Shown here piece after piece: positions 40,622 to 46,050 of a DNA stretch of 46,050 nt. The DNA lies in IMG/VR virus record IMGVR_UViG_3300009537_000030, positions 1 to 46,050 of that record. One strand, 5' to 3'. The stretch's first letter is position 1. Each line of letters begins with the position of its first letter. The notes under the pieces were generated by a model, which worked only from the letters and a program-made list of their open reading frames with translations, was not told where the DNA came from and did not search any database. Source of the stretch: a virus. A program made the translations under genes and the position numbers.

Positions 40622-43102
40622 ATGACTATTAATACCGTTAATATAACAAGTGGACCGTACACCGGGAACAACACTACCGATCAATATTCATACGGTTTCA
40701 AAGTTGTTGATAAAACTCAACTGCAGGTTTATGAAACAACTGCAGCAGGTGTACGGTCTTTATTAGTAGTTGACACTGATTACACTGTTGCAAATATAGG
40801 TAATGCCGCAGGCGGTATCATTACACGTGTTGCAGGTAACTTGCCGACGGGTGCCATTTGGTACATTCGTGCAAATTATGCAGAGACACAGCTGACTGCT
40901 TTCCGTAGTCAAGGCGGGTTCAAGCCACAAGTCCATGAAGATGCAATGGATAAGATGACGATCTTAATCCAACAGAAAAATGATTTTAAAGATCGTGCAC
41001 TCCGATTATCTGATGAAATTGATATTGATGGTGATTTTACCATTGATAAAAATGCCGCAAATCGCGCAGGTAAACATTTAAGTTTCGATACTGCAGGTGA
41101 TTTACAAGTATCAGCAGCACCACAACTTCTTACAGCAGATGGTATTTATGACAGTGTAGCTTTGATGAAAGCAGACTCATTAGCTGCGGGTTTATATATA
41201 CAAACACGCGGTTATTACGCTGCAGGTGATGGAGGTGCCGCAACTTATTTAATTGTAGCCCCGCAAGCATTTGATGGTTATGGTGATCATGAATTAGCGA
41301 ATGGTAATATTGCTGTATTGCAAAATGGAAACACTATTATCCCTGCTCAATATGGTGTGAAACAAGACGGTACGGATGCTTCAGATGTTTTTGATGCCAT
41401 ACAAGTTGTCATTGAATCGGTATATACTGATTTATTAATGGGTGCTGCGGACTCTTATACTAATTACTCTGGGTTAACTGTTGATTTAACTGGTGAGACT
41501 GCAATATCAAGAACACTTGTTTTATATAACGGTGTTGATTATGTTTTACCAAATGGTTCATATATAAAAGCATTAACAACCGGTATGACGATGGTGCGCA
41601 ATGCTAATAATGCAGAACGAACCGCGGCTTCGGGTACTTCTCGATACAGTTGCAACGATTTGTCGTTCGTGGGTGGTGGTATCATTGATGGCGACGATAA
41701 GGCGCGACACGGTGTGATATGTGACACTGTTGCTGCTCATAGCAAAATAGAAGTAACAATTATTCAGTGTACTGACCAATCAACGCCAACTACAGGGACA
41801 GGTTCAATAGGCACAAACACCTTAACATTAGCAAGTACCACAGGGATTGATGACAACAGCATCTTATATATCGCCACTGAAACAATATTCCAGTTTTATC
41901 AGGTTATTTCTCTATCTGGCTCTGTTGCTACTCTATCCAATAATTTACAAGCCAATGTTTCCTCTGCCGCTGTATATGCTCGCGGTGTCGGCTTCCTTGG
42001 TCGTATGATGCAACAATCCGATGTTGATATTTCATGCAGTGAAAACGATCTCGGTGAAGTGTGGGGTGAAAATACCGATGGTATTCAATGTACCGATATA
42101 CGTGGTTTGGGTATTAATCAAAAAAATAATCACGGGTTTGTCAATTTTGGCATGTCTGGATCTAACTTTGACGAAAAAAGGATACAGCATTCATTCGGTG
42201 AAGAAATTATCTCGACGCAAGGTGTCGGGGTTATGTTCGATGGACTTTACATCGAAACGCTCGGAGCAACCGAAGCGGATAATCAAACACCCCCGACCGG
42301 CGGTTCACCGATAACTTCGGCGGTCCTAGCTACTAAACCATTGATTGATATTCGCGGTGATGGTACTAAAGCAATGGGATTCACAAATTTAAGATTCCCA
42401 CAAGGTGCGGATCTTTTCCGGCGATTAGTGAGAAATGAAGGTACATCTAATTTCATAGATGGTGTGTCACTTAATACGGGTGCATTACTCGTCAATCCTA
42501 GTCGTGCCGGTGATTACGCGTTGGTTGAGCAGAACAGCGCAAGTGGCAGTTTCAAGCTCGCTGGTGTATCTGGATTTGATGATGTAAGTGGAGCGGGTAA
42601 ACCGTGGGTTGTAGGTGCTGCGAATGGGTTAATAGTCGACGAGTCCGGTAATCTACCTTCTGACGTAAGATACGGGTGGTCTATCGAGTCGTTTGGTGAC
42701 AGCATGACAGGCGGAATGGTTCATACTGTCCGAGCTGACCCAACAACTAAAAAAGCCTTTAGGGTTTATGATAATGATGATGCAGAACCTACAATTGAAA
42801 TACGCTCTGATGGTGTTCACATGGGTGCAGGTGGCGCTAGTGCAACTGATGTTAAAATACGCAGAAAAGATGCTGAATCATTTGAAATATGGAACGGCGC
42901 AGAATGGGAAAGAGTAGTAGGAGCAAATAACGCTACTGATGCAGAGTTAAATGATATAACTAATGTAATAAATACAGGATTGAAGTATCAAGGCAGAAGA
43001 GTTTTTAACACAACTATCGAAAAGCCTGTTTATGCTGCTGATGCAACTGCTGCTGGTTTATGGAAAGATGCACAAGCTACGCTAACTAACACCCCAGTTT
43101 AA
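40622..43102 (+). CDS. Tail fibre / tailspike with a beta-helix (pectate-lyase-like) depolymerase body
   Basis: N-terminal adaptor-like domain (YSYGFKV..QLQVY...DYTV...RANYAETQLT..F...HEDAMDKMT). RGYYAAGDGGAATY motif. Gly/Asn/Thr-rich repeats. Confidence 0.7.
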   Translation: MTINTVNITSGPYTGNNTTDQYSYGFKVVDKTQLQVYETTAAGVRSLLVVDTDYTVANIGNAAGGIITRVAGNLPTGAIWYIRANYAETQLTAFRSQGGFKPQVHEDAMDKMTILIQQKNDFKDRALRLSDEIDIDGDFTIDKNAANRAGKHLSFDTAGDLQVSAAPQLLTADGIYDSVALMKADSLAAGLYIQTRGYYAAGDGGAATYLIVAPQAFDGYGDHELANGNIAVLQNGNTIIPAQYGVKQDGTDASDVFDAIQVVIESVYTDLLMGAADSYTNYSGLTVDLTGETAISRTLVLYNGVDYVLPNGSYIKALTTGMTMVRNANNAERTAASGTSRYSCNDLSFVGGGIIDGDDKARHGVICDTVAAHSKIEVTIIQCTDQSTPTTGTGSIGTNTLTLASTTGIDDNSILYIATETIFQFYQVISLSGSVATLSNNLQANVSSAAVYARGVGFLGRMMQQSDVDISCSENDLGEVWGENTDGIQCTDIRGLGINQKNNHGFVNFGMSGSNFDEKRIQHSFGEEIISTQGVGVMFDGLYIETLGATEADNQTPPTGGSPITSAVLATKPLIDIRGDGTKAMGFTNLRFPQGADLFRRLVRNEGTSNFIDGVSLNTGALLVNPSRAGDYALVEQNSASGSFKLAGVSGFDDVSGAGKPWVVGAANGLIVDESGNLPSDVRYGWSIESFGDSMTGGMVHTVRADPTTKKAFRVYDNDDAEPTIEIRSDGVHMGAGGASATDVKIRRKDAESFEIWNGAEWERVVGANNATDAELNDITNVINTGLKYQGRRVFNTTIEKPVYAADATAAGLWKDAQATLTNTPV

Positions 43103-43111
43103 GAGGTCAAT

Positions 43112-43810
43112 ATGGAACTTATATCAATGGGAGAAGATAAAGCAATGGGTAATATCCCGCTGAAATTTCTCCCCTCACAAGTAGCCGATTTGAAACTATG
43201 GTTTAGATTTAACACCGGCATAACTGTGACGGGTTCTGGCGTTAGTCAGTGGGATGATCAAAGCGGTAATGGTTATCATTTAAAACAGGCTAATGATGCT
43301 AACAGAATGACCAAAGAGGCTGATGGGTCTATTCTAGGTAACGGAATAGACCAATTTTTAGTGACTGATGCTTTTACTGAATTATCGCAACCGAACACCA
43401 TTATTATGCTATTCAATCCGATAACATGGACGAACACCGATAATGTTTATGATGGAATCAGTGCAACAAAAAGACACTCTCTATTTCAAACTAACGTCAC
43501 GCCACAAATGAAAATCAACGCAGGGTCATCAACAGCTAGTGCTATAGCCCCAGCTCTCGGGTCTGACGTAATCGTGTCCTTAGCGTATAACGGCGCAAGC
43601 AGCTCTATGCAGGTGAATAATGAGACTCCTGTAACGGGTGATGCAGGAACTAATGGTTTAACAGGTTTAACGTTGGGTGCAAAAAACGACCTTACTCAGC
43701 TTTCTAATATTAAAGTAAAAGAATTTATTTTGTTTGATGGTATTCTTAGCGCAGAAGATTTAGCAAAAAATATAAAACACCTTGCTCAAGTTGGCGGGTT
43801 ATCAATTTAA
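43112..43810 (+). CDS. LamG/concanavalin-like lectin-fold protein (tail accessory)
   Basis: LKLWFRFNTG...VSQWDDQSGNGYHLKQ is typical of Laminin_G_3-type phage proteins. Confidence 0.6.
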   Translation: MELISMGEDKAMGNIPLKFLPSQVADLKLWFRFNTGITVTGSGVSQWDDQSGNGYHLKQANDANRMTKEADGSILGNGIDQFLVTDAFTELSQPNTIIMLFNPITWTNTDNVYDGISATKRHSLFQTNVTPQMKINAGSSTASAIAPALGSDVIVSLAYNGASSSMQVNNETPVTGDAGTNGLTGLTLGAKNDLTQLSNIKVKEFILFDGILSAEDLAKNIKHLAQVGGLSI

Positions 43811-43825
43811 AAAGAGGAACATATT

Positions 43826-44137
43826 ATGTCTACAATGTACATAACTGAATACGCGGAAATGACCAAGATAACAATGGACAGCATAAAAGGTATTGCACAA
43901 GTACCGAAACAACCACCAATTACCACGCAGAAAAAAACTACAGGCGGTGCATCGGTTGCATCAGATGCATTTGATGAGCGAACTAAATTTATCAGCATCC
44001 AATTAAGTGCGAATGGTCATGTTCATTTTGCTGATACACCAACCGCAACAGACGCAACCAGTCACTTATATGAAGCGAATGCAATATCGTTTCACGGTGT
44101 TGAAGCTGGGTCAAAAGTTGCAGCGATAGACGCTTAA
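43826..44137 (+). CDS. Hypothetical protein
   Basis: 103-aa ORF; AGAGGA RBS. Confidence 0.55.
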   Translation: MSTMYITEYAEMTKITMDSIKGIAQVPKQPPITTQKKTTGGASVASDAFDERTKFISIQLSANGHVHFADTPTATDATSHLYEANAISFHGVEAGSKVAAIDA

Positions 44138-44155
44138 CAATAAGGAAGGTGACTA

Positions 44156-44587
44156 ATGAATATTTTATTAAAGCGTTTTATCTCAACTGATCTCGGTACT
44201 TTCGGTATATTAACATTTGATAATAAAAGTTATTTCACCGTTGAAAAACCCTGGGTGAATAACACACCTGAAATATCCTGCATTCCTACAGGTGATTACA
44301 CACTTGCACCACATGAGTCGCATAAATACGGTAACGTGTTGTGCATGGTGAATGATGATATGCATATTACTCATTTTAAGAATGCTGAATCTAAGCGTTT
44401 TGCTTGCCTCATTCACACTGCTAACTATGAGAAAGATGTTATAGGTTGCATTGGTCTAGGTGAAAAGTACCTCGGCCACATGGTGACGAACTCACGTAAA
44501 TCCATCAAAGAATTTTATGGGTTAGTTGATCCTAAAGAAACACACCATCTTACAATCGAGTGGGGTGAGCGTGATGAAGTTAATTAA
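44156..44587 (+). CDS. DUF5675-like protein in the endolysin position
   Basis: TFGIL...YFTVEKP....SCIPTGDYTL....CLIHTANYEKDVIGCIGLG resembles DUF5675. First gene of the lysis cassette; AAGGAAGG RBS. Confidence 0.5.
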   Translation: MNILLKRFISTDLGTFGILTFDNKSYFTVEKPWVNNTPEISCIPTGDYTLAPHESHKYGNVLCMVNDDMHITHFKNAESKRFACLIHTANYEKDVIGCIGLGEKYLGHMVTNSRKSIKEFYGLVDPKETHHLTIEWGERDEVN

Positions 44588-44768
44588 TTCAACTACTTTT
44601 CAAATGTGTATCATAGTACTGTTCATTGGTGCAATGGCTGCAGGGTTCACTAAAGATGTAACCTGGTTACAGTGGTTTGAAAAAGCATTAGAAGCTGTCT
44701 TCATATACGCAGCAAAAGAAAGTGTTAAATATGGTGCGTCTGCTTACTCAGGTAAAAAAGATGAATAA
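44574..44768 (+). CDS. Holin candidate (64 aa)
   Basis: The ATG at 44574 overlaps the end of the previous gene. TM segment FQMCIIVLFIGAMAAGF and a charged C-terminus. Confidence 0.45.
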   Translation: MKLINSTTFQMCIIVLFIGAMAAGFTKDVTWLQWFEKALEAVFIYAAKESVKYGASAYSGKKDE

Positions 44769-45048
44769 ACTATACATATATTTTGTAGTCTTTATCCTAC
44801 TTATCGGCTTCATTAAATGGGGTCACACTCAGGTTTATAACCAGGGTTACAATGCTCACAAAGCTGAAGTTGCTGACATCAAAGATGAGTCAGTTAAAGA
44901 TGATGTTGCTGATGTTAAAACAATTATTAAGTGGCGTGAAAAAGAAAAGGTGGTGTACCGTGATAAAATTAAATACATTGATTCAGTCAAAGATGCTACG
45001 GGTTGTGCTGATATTAAGCTCACTGATATGGGTTTCCGGGTGCAGTAG
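44761..45048 (+). CDS. i-spanin (Rz-like)
   Basis: MNKLYIYFVVFILLIGFI N-terminal TM, then a charged helical periplasmic part. It overlaps the o-spanin gene. Confidence 0.65.
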   Translation: MNKLYIYFVVFILLIGFIKWGHTQVYNQGYNAHKAEVADIKDESVKDDVADVKTIIKWREKEKVVYRDKIKYIDSVKDATGCADIKLTDMGFRVQ

Positions 45049-45211
45049 TACCGGTGATGTTGTTAGAAAACCTGATGGTGCGTTAACACTACCAATGAAT
45101 TATGAAGAACGCACTGAGTCTGATACCATACGCTCATTGCTTCGTAAGTTTGAGTCAAACATTAAAGAAATAAAAGACGGTAATTTCAGATTTAAAAAAA
45201 TAAGGGAATAA
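44993..45211 (+). CDS. o-spanin (Rz1-like lipoprotein), overlapped arrangement
   Basis: MLRVVLILSSLIWVSGCSS has a signal peptide plus lipobox (VSGC). It starts inside the 3' end of the i-spanin gene in another frame. Confidence 0.7.
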   Translation: MLRVVLILSSLIWVSGCSSTGDVVRKPDGALTLPMNYEERTESDTIRSLLRKFESNIKEIKDGNFRFKKIRE

Positions 45212-45215
45212 CAAC

Positions 45216-45557
45216 ATGGTAACCAAGACTGAAAATGATCCGATGTTCATGTTAAAGCAAAGAGTTGACAACCATATTGAACGATATGAAGAACATGAAC
45301 TTGCAGTCGGTGGTAAGTTTGACAAGCTCGTTGATGCTCAAAGAGTTAACACTGAAGCCATATCAACATTGACAGTAGCAGTATCAACCTTAGTACAAGA
45401 TACCAGTTCAATTGTTCAGTTACATAAAGACTTCCAAGGTGCTGCGCGTATTGGTGGTAGTGTGCAAGGGTTTATGATCTGGTGCCTTAAATGGGGTGCA
45501 GTCGGTGTAGGTGTATCAACTGCACTAACCTGGTTAATCAATCATTTCGGTAAATAA
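45216..45557 (+). CDS. Membrane protein with a C-terminal TM (possible holin/antiholin partner)
   Basis: 113 aa; C-terminal FMIWCLKWGAVGVGVSTALTWLINHF. Confidence 0.45.
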   Translation: MVTKTENDPMFMLKQRVDNHIERYEEHELAVGGKFDKLVDAQRVNTEAISTLTVAVSTLVQDTSSIVQLHKDFQGAARIGGSVQGFMIWCLKWGAVGVGVSTALTWLINHFGK

Positions 45558-46050
45558 TTAAATATAAGTCTTAACACCAATGTGACCTATCTCTTTAGTC
45601 AGGTCAGCATCTACGTATGTGACATAACCTTGTTCAGCTGCAGCATGGCAGAATGATTCATCTTCACTTATCCACTGTTCATTTTCAAATGTTACATTGA
45701 ACCACGGTTCAGGTATCTCTTTGAACAATTCAACATTAATCAAGCTGAATGCAAAACCAGTACTTGCTACTTTCCGTAACCCTGAATAGTGCGACATATT
45801 AATACGTTCACCTAACGCACTACGTACAGCATACTCAACCTTCTCTTGTCTCAATCGACATGTTGCACTGACGAACTTCTTATTATGGTTCAGCAACCTG
45901 ATGAGTGCGTTAGATGGGAATGTTTGATCACTATCAATGAAGAGTACTTTGTCAGCACCTTCATCAAGTGCTTGCCTGACACCGGACCATCGACCTTTCT
46001 GTACCAGGCTTGACTTTGGATTGATAACAAACACATCGATACCTGCACTC
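45558..46050 (-). CDS. Glycosyltransferase family-2-like protein, C-terminal part (N-terminus at 1..185 across the junction)
   Basis: VLFIDSDQTFP (DxD), GFAFSLINVELFKEIPEPWF and SEDESFCHAAAEQGY...GHIG are typical GT2-type motifs. Confidence 0.7.
   Translation of the reverse strand, partial: SAGIDVFVINPKSSLVQKGRWSGVRQALDEGADKVLFIDSDQTFPSNALIRLLNHNKKFVSATCRLRQEKVEYAVRSALGERINMSHYSGLRKVASTGFAFSLINVELFKEIPEPWFNVTFENEQWISEDESFCHAAAEQGYVTYVDADLTKEIGHIGVKTYI
45952..46050. repeat. Second copy of the 99-bp terminal repeat
   Basis: Identical to 1..99. Confidence 0.9.

Noticed and set aside
43807-43998. 63-aa minus-strand hydrophobic ORF overlapping the start of 43826..44137.
   Set aside because: It is antisense to a gene with a strong RBS in a uniformly plus-strand operon, and has no RBS of its own.
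44852-44992. The upstream 47 codons of track ORF 44852..45211.
   Set aside because: The lipoprotein signal peptide begins at the internal ATG at 44993. The upstream part is simply the open alternative frame of the i-spanin gene.
1-46050. Lysogeny or retroelement functions: integrase, repressor/immunity switch, or a DGR as in BPP-1-like phages.
   Set aside because: No recombinase, reverse transcriptase or template/variable repeat pair was seen in any frame. The HTH and RHH proteins are too small and generic to call a lysogeny switch.

Overview
The window is a complete genome of a tailed, podovirus-like phage, closed as a circle. Bases 1-99 are repeated exactly at 45952-46050, so the unique length is 45951 bp. 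The DNA looks AT-rich by eye, and most genes have Shine-Dalgarno sites of the GAGGTG/AAGGAG type.

Layout:
- (a) Leftward early/replication arm (236..17665, minus strand). It encodes an SNF2 helicase split by an intein, peptide deformylase, a VRR-NUC nuclease, a family-B-like DNA polymerase, a DUF2815-type SSB, a DUF2800-type nuclease, RHH and HTH regulators, a BTLCP-like cysteine protease, and many small ORFs chained by ATGA/GTGA overlaps. A rightward island (10670..14074) sits inside this arm and carries an HNH-AP2 endonuclease, a primase-helicase and a ClpX-zinc-finger mini-protein.
- (b) A 650-bp non-coding control region (17666..18316) with GGTTGGCGTT iterons.
- (c) Rightward late arm (18317..45557). 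It encodes TerS, TerL, portal, scaffold, HK97-type capsid, a decoration-like protein, T7 gp11/gp12-like tail proteins, internal virion proteins including a 2683-aa polyvalent giant, a beta-helix tailspike, a LamG protein and a lysis cassette with overlapped spanins.
- (d) A counter-oriented glycosyltransferase + Gp49-like module that spans the circular junction.

I saw no tRNA, rRNA, CRISPR array, integrase, reverse transcriptase or phage RNA polymerase.

The most unusual observation is in the helicase intein. The slot where inteins normally carry an in-frame endonuclease domain is instead occupied by a +1-frame, homing-endonuclease-like ORF, so 639 nt are open in two frames. That ORF has a free-standing paralogue abutting the polymerase gene.

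All functional calls rest on motifs I recognise by eye in the supplied translations. No database search was run, so family names are hypotheses to confirm by HMM/HHpred.
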